Source of the DNA: Candidatus Bathyarchaeota archaeon
Lineage (GTDB): Archaea; Thermoproteota; Bathyarchaeia; Bathyarchaeales; Bathycorpusculaceae
Length of the DNA: 64,000 nucleotides
Assembly (NCBI GenBank): GCA_963782525.1
Contig: CAWAKC010000009.1
Coordinates: forward strand, 64,001 to 128,000
Direction of reading: 5' to 3'
Both the position numbers and the translations under genes were made by a program. This document shows positions 30,320 through 40,130 of the stretch, piece by piece. The notes under the pieces were generated by a model that was not told the DNA's origin, made no database searches, and saw only the letters and a list, made by a program, of their open reading frames with translations. Within the stretch, counting starts at the first letter, position 1; every line of letters begins with the position of its first letter.

Positions 30320-30681
30320 TTTCTCTACCTCATTTTATTATTGTTTCTAATGGGTCCTTAGCTGGCTAAAGTGGACCACAACTCTGAAACGATATAGGCA
30401 GAATAAATCGAAGGTTACGTTTACCCTACCGAATAACCACAATTAAATTAAAATTATTCATAAGGCTTCCGTAGCTGTAATTCTTACTTAAAATCATTAA
30501 ACCCAAACTCTACGGAAATATTTCCAAAGTCAACTTAATGAACAAAATATCGCACACTGAGAGTGCCACATGAAACATATTCTCATTTAATTATTGTATG
30601 TCATAAATTGTATTCACTAAGCTATTTTACGAATACCCAACTTATCATTTAATCGTCAAGACAGAAGCCGTGCCTGAAGTT

Positions 30682-30767
30682 GGGAAAACAGGTTTGGCGA
30701 ATGATGCTTAACATTATCTCAGAGCTCCCCCGATGAGATGGGTTAACCTTAATTCGCCAAACTTCCC
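30682..30767. other. Long intergenic hairpin (candidate structured RNA)
   Basis: Nested pairings gggaa/ttccc, gtttggcgaat/attcgccaaac, ttaac/gttaa, atctca/tgagat. Confidence 0.55.
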
Positions 30768-30872
30768 TAACAATCAAACATATTACGACAACTTTCCATC
30801 CAGCAAAGACGAAACCGAACTTCAAACAAACTAAACATCAAATTTAAACAACACTCAAACAAAATTTTTTGT

Positions 30873-32837
30873 TTATTTCGTGATTTTTGACACTCCATGG
30901 CTAGTTTTGTCCCAGTAGAAGGGGTTCCTTATTAGTTGAATTAGTCCCCGCCAGCTTGCTATACTATGGAGCACCCAGTATAGTGGCATAAGTAAAGCAT
31001 ACGGAGTGTATCGATATTTTTTCAACTTTAGACATGCTACAACGTAAATAGATAAGTAGGAAATATTACCGGCGATTAGGTTACAAACGCAGATAAATTG
31101 CAGATAACCCGGATTAAGCCAACTTAAATTTATGGGCAATAGAAAACTTGCGGCAGTAAGTAACCATAAAATTGGGTTTACAAGCGGAATAAAGATTGAT
31201 GTTCCGAAAGTAAGCTGGAATTTGAAGAATTTGTCTGCGCCCAAATCCTTGAAGAGTTTAAGCGGATGTCGCATATGAACAAGGTATGTTTGGAGATGCC
31301 CTTTATACCAGCGAGTCCTTTGTCGAATCCAACTTTTCGTTGATATAGGAGCCTCCTCATAGGTGTGGGAATCTATCAGTTCAGTTTTCTGTTTCTGACG
31401 CGCCAATCTGACACCCAGATCAGCATCTTCAGTAACATTATACGGGTCCCAACGACCAAGCTCATCGAGACCTTTTCTTCTAAAATGATTACTTGTACCA
31501 CCCAATGGAATAGGGGCCTCTATCCAATCAAGCCCTTGCAGATAAAATTCATACCAATTAGCGTATTCAATCGAAAACCACTTCGTTAACGTTTTTTCAT
31601 CTGCATTATAGAAGTTAAGTTTGGACTGCAAGCAGACCACATCCTCACTAGAGCGCAGAAAAATGTTAGCAGCTTTCCTTAGCTGATCAGCATCAGGTTT
31701 ATCTTCAGCGTCATATATAACAACGAATTCGCCCCTTGCCCGCAGTAATCCATAGTTACAAGCACGGGGTTTAGTAGTCACTTTTGCCGAAGGAATCACC
31801 ACTGGATCAAAAAGGTTCAAAAACTCAGCATATTTTTTGCGTGGAATACATTCAACCATTTTCTTAGGAGAACCAAACAACCCAAGAAGCTTGGCTTCGT
31901 GGATAGTTTCCTTATCGCTCTCTTCTAGGAGAATTTTGATGTCAAGCTTACTCTTCGGATAATTGAGACTATACATATTTTCCAGAATCTGTGACAAGAT
32001 CTTTGCTTCATGGAAGATTGGAATTAGAACTGTGTAAACTGGTAAGTCTTTGTCCGGGATGTCTTTTAATTCATCTTTGGTAATTCGCGATGTTCTTGCT
32101 CCCCGAAAACCTCTCAACGAAATATAAATTTTAATGGGGTTTACAACAAAATATCCAACACTAATTATTCCAAATAAAACGATGAAAGTTATAGCTGAAC
32201 TTATAATCAGGCAAACGCTGATGGCCATAATCAGCGATATTATGAAGTACTTTTGTCGTGGATAGAGGACTTTGTATGCCGACTGGTCGGGCGTACGATT
32301 ATAAAGGTCCAGCATTGCATTCTCTTTGTGAATTTCTCTGTAAATGTTTTCGATTGCCCATTCAATCGCTTCAGTGGAGGCGACTCGCAAATTAATCTTC
32401 CAAGCGCCAAATAAACATTGAACCGCAACCATAACTTTTCGATCTATAGGGTTATCAACTGCCACATCAACGACTGTCTCATTTATTTCTAAAGGAATAA
32501 CTTTGTATTTACTTATAATTGGGTAAGGGAGAATCGTTATGAGCTGGCTTTTTTGTTCGTTCTGATATATTTTTTTAATTTTAGAATCTTCAATGAAGGA
32601 TAAACCTGATTTTGAGGCGAGGTCGCGGAAGAAAGTCTGAGGGATTTTAACTTTCCCTGTCCTTAAGGCTGGAATGATGTCTTCAACTGTTATTTCAGAT
32701 TTTTCTAATTGGTCAGTTTTAACTTTTCGACTTTTTAATAGTTCAAGTAGTTCTTTTTTGTCGAGAGGTTCCTTGGTAGATGTATCTATTATTGCAGCAT
32801 TGGCGGGTATTTCAAGCTCAATAGGAGTGGTCATCAA
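30873..32837 (-). CDS. Processive GT2 (cellulose-synthase-like) with N-terminal T2SSE_N/MshEN-like domain
   Basis: TKPRACN, YDAED, NVTEDADLG and QRTRW motifs; LP..IISKYKVIPL..VAVDNP N-domain; several TMs. Confidence 0.88.
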   Translation of the reverse strand: MMTTPIELEIPANAAIIDTSTKEPLDKKELLELLKSRKVKTDQLEKSEITVEDIIPALRTGKVKIPQTFFRDLASKSGLSFIEDSKIKKIYQNEQKSQLITILPYPIISKYKVIPLEINETVVDVAVDNPIDRKVMVAVQCLFGAWKINLRVASTEAIEWAIENIYREIHKENAMLDLYNRTPDQSAYKVLYPRQKYFIISLIMAISVCLIISSAITFIVLFGIISVGYFVVNPIKIYISLRGFRGARTSRITKDELKDIPDKDLPVYTVLIPIFHEAKILSQILENMYSLNYPKSKLDIKILLEESDKETIHEAKLLGLFGSPKKMVECIPRKKYAEFLNLFDPVVIPSAKVTTKPRACNYGLLRARGEFVVIYDAEDKPDADQLRKAANIFLRSSEDVVCLQSKLNFYNADEKTLTKWFSIEYANWYEFYLQGLDWIEAPIPLGGTSNHFRRKGLDELGRWDPYNVTEDADLGVRLARQKQKTELIDSHTYEEAPISTKSWIRQRTRWYKGHLQTYLVHMRHPLKLFKDLGADKFFKFQLTFGTSIFIPLVNPILWLLTAASFLLPINLSWLNPGYLQFICVCNLIAGNISYLSIYVVACLKLKKYRYTPYALLMPLYWVLHSIASWRGLIQLIRNPFYWDKTSHGVSKITK

Positions 32838-33059
32838 TTCGACTTTCCAGTAGCTTATCGTGTAGTATATCTTAATACAATATACTGTTTACCTATTAAG
32901 TGTTAAGTTGTTAGCTAAAGACGCACAAATCAAACTGTTTATGAAGAGAATTTTGTTCAGTTAAAAAGTTTAAAAAACTAAACCAACTAACTCCAAAAAA
33001 GGAGGGGCAGGTCACCAAAAAACTCGGGAACCAACCAGAAACAAAAAACAAAAGAAAAA

Positions 33060-35063
33060 TTATTGAAGGTTGACCTGTGCGATTTGCGAGAGGTCAGTTA
33101 GGCTGTTGAGCTTTACTTCGCTGTTGGATACAGTATAGAGTGTGTTGCCGATATATAGGCTGCGGGTTATCCATTGGTTTTGGGTATTGTAGTAGTCGTT
33201 GGGGTTGGTTAGTTGTCCTTGGCTGTTTAGCATTGAGGGATCAAGGTGGGTTATAGTGCCTTTGAGTGTGAAGCCGCCGTTTAAGGTGAGGCTGAAGACG
33301 TAGGCGCCCTGCCAAACGGTTGTGCCGTAAGCTGAAGCTGCTGATTGACCATACTGCTGTATCTGCTGCAGAGTTCCGTTATCTACCAGTGCCAAGCTGA
33401 CTGGAATCACCAGCAAATTCTTGCTCTCGTCAAAGAGGAACGCTTTAGGATCTATCAGCACTGGGGAATCGGTGCCTCTGTCGCCAATGGTAAAGTTTGA
33501 CAGTTGAACGGGGTTGTTTACGTTGCTGACGTCGAAGAGGGACAGTTTTAAGCCTTGGTACCATGCGAAGTCGCCTTGGTTTGAGTCAACGGCTTCTTTG
33601 CCAACGCCGATTAGATGTGTTTCGTCATAGGGGTGGAGGTAGTCGCTGTAGCCGGGGATTTTGAGTTCGCCAAGCACCTTGGGGTTTGTGGGTTGGCTGA
33701 GGTCTATGACGAATAAGGGGTCGGTTCGCATGAACGTTACTAGGTAGCCTCTGTCACCTATGAAGCGGACAGAGTGCAAGTTTTCGCCGTTTGCCAAGCC
33801 TTCCAGGCTGCCTATAACTGTGAGGTTTTCGTTAAGTATGTAGACGTTGTTTGATTGAGTATTGGTGTTCTGGGTGGACCCTGCGCCCGTAAAGGGTATG
33901 GCGATAAGGTCACTGGGCAGGTTGGTTGCAACGCGGAGGTTTCCGCCATATTCGTCTAATGCGTACTGGTTGATTGTGTAGCCTGGAACACCGCCTTGAG
34001 CTGCAAGAGTTAGTTGTAAACCATCAATTTTCACGCGGTAAATAGAAGTTACGTCGGTTCCATTAACCCAGTTTGGATAAGTAACGTAGATGTTGTTAGG
34101 TGAAACGTACATAGTGCTTGCACCACTCATCAAAACCGTCATGTTTGTTGGTTGCGCCTGGTCGTTTGACACGTCTAGTCCATAGAAGCTGGTGAAGGAG
34201 TAATAGCTTGATTGGTTCATGTCAGCGTAGAAGATACTGGTGGGTGAAGCGGCTGAGGCTATTCCACCATTGTAAACGGCGGGAACCGAAACTGCTCCAT
34301 CGTAGATGAAAGCGCTTTGGCTGGTGACGGCATAGAGGTAGTTTCCTATCATGCGTGAATCGAAGTAGCTTCCACTGACTGTGAAGTTGCGGGTTAAAAC
34401 TGGGTTGGCTTTGTTTGAAATGTCGAAGACATTTATTGACGTTGAAGTGTCGCTATAATAGGGCATAATTGATATGCCGCTTGCAGGTGCAATGTACAAT
34501 TGGTACTTATTAGATATAACAACGAGTTTTGTGCTGTCGGGACTTAAGAACAAGCCTACAGGGCTGGAATCATTGTCTAGGACAATTTTAGAAATTACTT
34601 TTGCGTTCTGTGGGTCCGCATTTATAATGTATAGATTGTTAGCGACTTGGGAGCTAGCACCAAAGTAATAGTAGCTGTTTTGGCTGGTGGACAGGGTATA
34701 GATGTATTGACCGTCTGTTTTCACGGTGTCAGCTTCATCTACTCCTGCAACTTGAATGTTGGTGGTTGAATAATCAGCGGTGGCGCCGTTAGCACCTGCA
34801 GCTGCCGGTGTAGCAAACGATGGATTGGTACTTTGTGCCCAATACCTTTCTGGCAAGCTGTTAGTTTCTGTTACGTTCAGGTAATTTTTTAGTTCATCCA
34901 TCGATGAAAAAGTCTTCAATGCTGAAACCGAAACCGGCTGGTTAAACGGCAGAATCGTTGGGGATGAGCCGAATACGTAAATTGCAGAAATCAATATTAT
35001 TGCGGAGAGCACTGCGACTGTTCCGTATATACTTGTTTTTTTCTTAACTTCTTTCTGAACCAT
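33060..35063 (-). CDS. Secreted beta-propeller domain protein (Beta_propel family)
   Basis: YSTTNIQVAGVDEADTVKTDG; GELKIPGYSDYLHP. Confidence 0.9.
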   Translation of the reverse strand: MVQKEVKKKTSIYGTVAVLSAIILISAIYVFGSSPTILPFNQPVSVSALKTFSSMDELKNYLNVTETNSLPERYWAQSTNPSFATPAAAGANGATADYSTTNIQVAGVDEADTVKTDGQYIYTLSTSQNSYYYFGASSQVANNLYIINADPQNAKVISKIVLDNDSSPVGLFLSPDSTKLVVISNKYQLYIAPASGISIMPYYSDTSTSINVFDISNKANPVLTRNFTVSGSYFDSRMIGNYLYAVTSQSAFIYDGAVSVPAVYNGGIASAASPTSIFYADMNQSSYYSFTSFYGLDVSNDQAQPTNMTVLMSGASTMYVSPNNIYVTYPNWVNGTDVTSIYRVKIDGLQLTLAAQGGVPGYTINQYALDEYGGNLRVATNLPSDLIAIPFTGAGSTQNTNTQSNNVYILNENLTVIGSLEGLANGENLHSVRFIGDRGYLVTFMRTDPLFVIDLSQPTNPKVLGELKIPGYSDYLHPYDETHLIGVGKEAVDSNQGDFAWYQGLKLSLFDVSNVNNPVQLSNFTIGDRGTDSPVLIDPKAFLFDESKNLLVIPVSLALVDNGTLQQIQQYGQSAASAYGTTVWQGAYVFSLTLNGGFTLKGTITHLDPSMLNSQGQLTNPNDYYNTQNQWITRSLYIGNTLYTVSNSEVKLNSLTDLSQIAQVNLQ

Positions 35064-35137
35064 ATGTTCTTTCTCCCACCATTGGTAATGTTACGTGTTT
35101 ATTTGATGCTAAGCATGCGAACAGACTGTTCTAACAA

Positions 35138-35584
35138 TTAGAATGGCCTCATTTCCCACACACGATACGCTTCATACCAAAATATCAAGCACACAATTGC
35201 TCCAAACGAAATGATGAACAAATTATCGCGTGTAAACCCATGAACCATAATCAACAGGTAAGCTGCATAGAACACGGTTGAGAATAGGGCATAGAAGAAG
35301 AAGCGTGGAAACAGCAACTTTCCTAACTTTACATAGTGGCGTAGGACACCGATTTTTATTTGTCCAACCAAAACGTAGTGTCCACCGACTTCTTGTTTTT
35401 CAACCAACCCTAATTCCCTAAGTTGCTCTAAATGGTGAAATGCTATGCTGGGGCTGCTGAAGCGGAGGGTTCGCTGGACTTCGCGGACGCCAACTGGACT
35501 GCCGGTTTTTAGGAGGAACCAGTAGACTTTCCATGCTTTGCCGCGAAGAGCATACTCAAGCTCTGTTTCGCTGTTAGCATTCAA
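35138..35584 (-). CDS. Membrane-anchored HTH regulator
   Basis: GVREVQRTLRFSSPSIAFHHLEQL plus two C-terminal TMs. Confidence 0.8.
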   Translation of the reverse strand: MNANSETELEYALRGKAWKVYWFLLKTGSPVGVREVQRTLRFSSPSIAFHHLEQLRELGLVEKQEVGGHYVLVGQIKIGVLRHYVKLGKLLFPRFFFYALFSTVFYAAYLLIMVHGFTRDNLFIISFGAIVCLIFWYEAYRVWEMRPF

Positions 35585-35726
35585 CCAGTTAAACCTTCAG
35601 AAGATAGAACGGTGCATGGGGAATATAAGCCCAGTTATTAGAACAAACTTTTTTAAGCAAATTTCAGCAAAGGAGGTCAATGAAAAATTTTAAAAAAGAA
35701 AAAGAAGGATGGGAGAAGAAGGGGGT

Positions 35727-36374
35727 TTATGCTTTTGATTTGTTTGTTGCGCCAGGCATTCCAGGTGGTAGATCTGGGAAGTTTGCGCTGACTCTTTGTT
35801 CTGCAACGGTTGCTGCTTCAGACAGAATTTTTGATGCGTCTTCGTTTACTGTGTCGAAATTTAGTGACATTCCACCGGATGTTCCTGCTTCAAACATTAA
35901 GCCGCTTAGCATGTTGCCGATGTCGCCGAGTTCGCCTTCTGCTTCAGGCAAAACACCGCCTAATCCTGAACTAACGCTGCGTAGTACACCAACGCATGGT
36001 CCTAATGCTGCAACGACGTCGCCTAGTTCCGATACAGTGCGTATTCTGAGCGCTACTTGGTCGAGTGCTAGTCTTGCGTTCATGATGAGCTTTGACATTT
36101 TGCGGATTTCAGCCAGTTCAGTAGAGTAGATGTTGGCGTGTGCAGAATCATGTTTGGTGTAGGCATCAACGATTTTTGCGAATAGAGCTTTGTCTTTTTG
36201 GGTGAAGCGTTCGTTTGCTTGATCTAGTTTGCTGATTTGTAGGTCGAGTTTTCTGCAGGCGAGGTCTAATGCTGTTTTTAGTGGTGGAGGCGGTTGGACG
36301 GTGTTACGTATTTGTTTACCGAATGAATCTCCTTCTCGTGGTTTTTCCCATTTCTTTGCGAAACGTTCAGACAT
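35727..36374 (-). CDS. ESCRT-III / CdvB-like (Snf7 family) protein
   Basis: ANIYSTELAEIRKM, LDQVALRIRTV..LGDV, EDASKILSEA, C-terminal FPDLP. Confidence 0.85.
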   Translation of the reverse strand: MSERFAKKWEKPREGDSFGKQIRNTVQPPPPLKTALDLACRKLDLQISKLDQANERFTQKDKALFAKIVDAYTKHDSAHANIYSTELAEIRKMSKLIMNARLALDQVALRIRTVSELGDVVAALGPCVGVLRSVSSGLGGVLPEAEGELGDIGNMLSGLMFEAGTSGGMSLNFDTVNEDASKILSEAATVAEQRVSANFPDLPPGMPGATNKSKA

Positions 36375-36560
36375 GTAAATATCCTCTTGAACATCGATAC
36401 GGTGCAATGGGTACTTAATGCTTGCTAACATGCAGATATATACATAAACGAGTTAGCGATGGTCTTTCTGACACTTATGAGCTAAAACCACTCCCTCAAC
36501 CCTTTCCAACCTCATAAAGCTTAAGAATTAAGCAGACACCATCTGTATTGAGGCACAGCT

Positions 36561-37241
36561 ATGCCAGATTCTGAACGTCAAATCGGCGTAATCACAGATA
36601 TTCTCATACCGGTCGATCCACAAACGCGATATGATGTCTATTTTACTGACAAACGCATCGCCATAGTTTGCATGGGACCTAGCAATCGTTTCGATGGAGT
36701 TTCAGAGAGCCGTTCTTTCCTCTTTGGAGTAGCATCAGAAGCACCGACAAATGCATATGAGGAAAGAAAAAACCGGCAAACAATAGAAGCAGAAATCAAC
36801 CAGTTACCCATTAACGAAAAAATAAAACTTAGCAAAAAAAGCTGCTTCTACACTTACCAAGAAATAGAAGAGGTCAAGTTAATTTCAGGAAAAAAACAGA
36901 AATTTGCCATTTTAAGCGAAGAGTGCATTTCAAAGTTCGCGCCAAACGTAGAACAGTTTAATCAACTGGCTGATTTATTGCCAACTATCGAAGCGCTAAA
37001 AGGCAAAACCTCAATTATCGGCAATTTAACTTTGAAGCCTCAGCAAGGAGAACCAACCACCTTCGTCTGCCAACATTGCGGTTCAAAAAATGACGCTGAC
37101 GCCCTATTCTGCGATACGTGCGGCATGAAAATAAAAGAAGAAACCGTCAACCCTAACGAGTTAACTTGCAGCTCATGCGGAACAAAAAATAAAATGCAAG
37201 CATCATTTTGCAAAAGATGCGGTTCGCCCCTGCGGGCTTAA
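36561..37241 (+). CDS. Double zinc-ribbon protein
   Basis: Four CxxCG motifs in the C-terminus. Confidence 0.85.
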   Translation: MPDSERQIGVITDILIPVDPQTRYDVYFTDKRIAIVCMGPSNRFDGVSESRSFLFGVASEAPTNAYEERKNRQTIEAEINQLPINEKIKLSKKSCFYTYQEIEEVKLISGKKQKFAILSEECISKFAPNVEQFNQLADLLPTIEALKGKTSIIGNLTLKPQQGEPTTFVCQHCGSKNDADALFCDTCGMKIKEETVNPNELTCSSCGTKNKMQASFCKRCGSPLRA

Positions 37242-37251
37242 TAGCTGCTGT

Positions 37252-38109
37252 TTATTTGATAACTCCGAAGATATAGGCGAGCAATCCAACTAGGAACAGA
37301 TATAACACTACTTTTTTGATTCTTCTGGCTTTTTCCCGTGAATGATCCAACAGTAGAAAAACAGAACAAACCACTAAACCTACATCGGTCACTAAAACAA
37401 AGGGGATAAACCAGATTCCTACAAGCCCCAAAACCCAGGTAACTGGGGTTAAAGCTACGGCAAAAATGAAAAACACCACTGCCGTAATCGCTGCGGTTTT
37501 TTCTCCAAAACGGACCGCCAACGTTTTTACTCCTTCAGCGCTATCGCCCTTAACATCAACTATACCTTTGGTGATTTCTCTGCCCGTGTTAGAGAGAAAA
37601 GCCATGGATGCAAACAACAATACATTCAAGCCGACAGTTCCTATCGCGGTTATGCTGCCGTAGATGAACGGAATGGCAACGCAGATGCTGACTAAAAAGT
37701 TTCCAGGCAACCCGCTGCGTTTACCTACGGTGATGTAGGTTGCTGTTATTGCCAGAGAAACTGCTGCCACAACGAAACACGATAAACCGTAAGGCACCAC
37801 GAGAAGCGAAAACACAAAACCCACAACGACAAGCCCCACCATGAATGCCAATGCTTCTTTGGGCTTCACTGTACCGCTTGGAATCGGTCGCCGAGGTTCA
37901 TTGATAGCGTCGATTTTTCGATCGTAATAATCGTTGATAACCATGGCTGCTGCGCAAAAAGTAAATCCAGTCAAAAAACCGAACAATATGTTCAGCCAGT
38001 TCAATGTGCCTAATGAAGCAGCAAGAACGGCACCGACAAGTACGGCGAAACCCATCATCATGCAGTTGACTGGTCGCATTAACCGTATGAAGCCGCCAAG
38101 CTTATTCAT
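37252..38109 (-). CDS. UbiA-family prenyltransferase, likely DGGGP synthase
   Basis: NDYYDRKIDAINEPRRPIPSG; REITKGIVDVKGD. Confidence 0.9.
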   Translation of the reverse strand: MNKLGGFIRLMRPVNCMMMGFAVLVGAVLAASLGTLNWLNILFGFLTGFTFCAAAMVINDYYDRKIDAINEPRRPIPSGTVKPKEALAFMVGLVVVGFVFSLLVVPYGLSCFVVAAVSLAITATYITVGKRSGLPGNFLVSICVAIPFIYGSITAIGTVGLNVLLFASMAFLSNTGREITKGIVDVKGDSAEGVKTLAVRFGEKTAAITAVVFFIFAVALTPVTWVLGLVGIWFIPFVLVTDVGLVVCSVFLLLDHSREKARRIKKVVLYLFLVGLLAYIFGVIK

Positions 38110-38181
38110 GCTCGTAACCTGTTTTGACTATTAAGTTACTTCCGTTACCTATAAAATTGTAGATCAACGAGGAGGGAAAAT

Positions 38182-39564
38182 GTGCCTTTTTCTGCATCTG
38201 TAGTGTTTTTTGGAAATAGTTTAAAAGGACAACAAGCATTCAACCATACAGAAGTCTTGGTGAAGCTCTTGAGTGACAATTATGCGCCCCTCGTCGGAGA
38301 CAACTATGCTCCAGAAAAAATCCGAGTAATAATTCCCGTCGGCGGCAAAGCCACACGTCTCCTGCCGTTGACGGCGGAAACCAGCAAAGCCTGCTTACGC
38401 CTCCTCAACAGGCCGCTGGTAGAGTTTTCGCTCCTCTCACTGGCAAGTCAGGGAATCCGCAACTTCATATTCGGCGTCAAAGGCTACACCAACTACCGAG
38501 ACCTTTACGATTATTTTGAATCCGGCGTTGGATTCTCCGCAAGATACAATATCAAACCCCGTATCCACATAAAATATCAGCCTAACGTGCCCGATTTAGG
38601 CAGCGCCGACTCCGCCCGCATAAACATAGATTATTACGAATTAAACAACCCCATCTTCGCCGTGCAGGGCGACAACATATTTGACATTAAAGTTAAAAGC
38701 CTCATTGACTTTCACAAGGAAAAATGCTCATGCTTAACAATCGTGCTCCGTGAAGTTGACAATGTGGAAGGGTTAGGCATAGCTGACATCGACAAGAACG
38801 GTCGCATCCAACGTTTCGTAGAAAAGCCGTTGCCAAAAGATGCGCCAAGCAACCTTGCAAACACGGGACTGTACGTTTTATCGCCTGACATACGGAAAAT
38901 TTTCAAGGAAAAAGGCATCCAGCAAATCATCAAAGAAAAAAATCGTTTAGACTTCGGTTACGACTTTATACCTTATGTAATTTCGACTGGACGCGCAGTG
39001 TATGGTTACACGTTGAAAGGCAGTTGGTTTGATGTAGGTACACCGAAGAGTTACTTGGAGGCCATGAAGAACCTGCTCGGGGGAGGATTTTCAACTCTCA
39101 ACGACTTCGGTGGCAGATTAAATAAAGACACCCCCATCTGGGTCCAAGGTGAGAGTACAGATTCAGAGAAACGCCGCCAAGAAATTATACAGAAAATTAA
39201 GCAGAAGAAAATCCTGATTGAGGGTTCAGTTTTGATTGGGCGGCACTGCCAAATTGAAGATGGAGCACGAATTGTTAATTCATGCATCGATGACTTCACA
39301 AGGATTGGCAAGAACGCGGTTGTTACCAACTCGGCTGTCATGGACAGAGTCATAATCGGTGAAAACGCTGAAATCTACGACAGCATCATTGGCAGGCATG
39401 TAGCTGTAAATTCAAGTTGCCATAAACCCACAAAAATCACTGCAATCAGCGTCATCGCCGACGACGTTATACTTGAAGAAGGATGCTCACTCTCTGCAAC
39501 CAAAATTTACCCCCACCAAACCATCAGTGGAGAATTCCAAAACCAAACTATAATCGCGAACTAA
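38182..39564 (+). CDS. NDP-sugar pyrophosphorylase (nucleotidyltransferase plus hexapeptide repeats); start probably ~38270
   Basis: GGKATRLLPLT; FVEKP; WFDVGTP. Confidence 0.9.
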   Translation: MPFSASVVFFGNSLKGQQAFNHTEVLVKLLSDNYAPLVGDNYAPEKIRVIIPVGGKATRLLPLTAETSKACLRLLNRPLVEFSLLSLASQGIRNFIFGVKGYTNYRDLYDYFESGVGFSARYNIKPRIHIKYQPNVPDLGSADSARINIDYYELNNPIFAVQGDNIFDIKVKSLIDFHKEKCSCLTIVLREVDNVEGLGIADIDKNGRIQRFVEKPLPKDAPSNLANTGLYVLSPDIRKIFKEKGIQQIIKEKNRLDFGYDFIPYVISTGRAVYGYTLKGSWFDVGTPKSYLEAMKNLLGGGFSTLNDFGGRLNKDTPIWVQGESTDSEKRRQEIIQKIKQKKILIEGSVLIGRHCQIEDGARIVNSCIDDFTRIGKNAVVTNSAVMDRVIIGENAEIYDSIIGRHVAVNSSCHKPTKITAISVIADDVILEEGCSLSATKIYPHQTISGEFQNQTIIAN

Positions 39565-40115
39565 GCCTTAAACCACTTAAAAATCAAGTACTTAATCTCT
39601 TTAGAAGACAACTCGGGAACTGCGATGATGAAACGTTTTCGAACTGTGGTGGCTAATCTGCCGTTTTTCACTATTTCTGTAGCGGATATTTCTGAGCCTG
39701 CCTTCTTGACTGTAACCATGTAGGGCGCATGCTCGACGCCCGGACCGTACTTGTAGACTGCAAAGTCGCAACCGAACTTTATTCCTGGCGTAACAATTAA
39801 GCCGCTGTCTCGGAGATCATGGTAAACAACGTATTTTTCCTCAAACCCATCGTAGAGTTGTTTAGCTTTCTGCTTTAGTTTACGAAGGCTAACTTTTGTC
39901 TCGTTTGGATTTTCGAAAATTTCGATTTTTTCTACTTCTGCTAAGTAGAGCCCTTCCATCAAATCCAAAATTAGCGGTACATCAAACTCTGGAACTTTCG
40001 GTTTGGGGATGCCAACTGGTTTACCGTAGTAGGCGGTTTTGTAGAGCTCGGAGCCTTCTGCTGGATTCCATACGACGAGGAAGTTTTCGATGAGTTCAAC
40101 CTTAATTTTTGGCAT
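39561..40115 (-). CDS. endA: tRNA-splicing endonuclease
   Basis: GIKFGCDFAVY..HAPY..RLATTVRK catalytic Y/H/K. Confidence 0.92.
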   Translation of the reverse strand: MPKIKVELIENFLVVWNPAEGSELYKTAYYGKPVGIPKPKVPEFDVPLILDLMEGLYLAEVEKIEIFENPNETKVSLRKLKQKAKQLYDGFEEKYVVYHDLRDSGLIVTPGIKFGCDFAVYKYGPGVEHAPYMVTVKKAGSEISATEIVKNGRLATTVRKRFIIAVPELSSKEIKYLIFKWFKA

Positions 40116-40130
40116 CGCTCTAGCTCTTGG

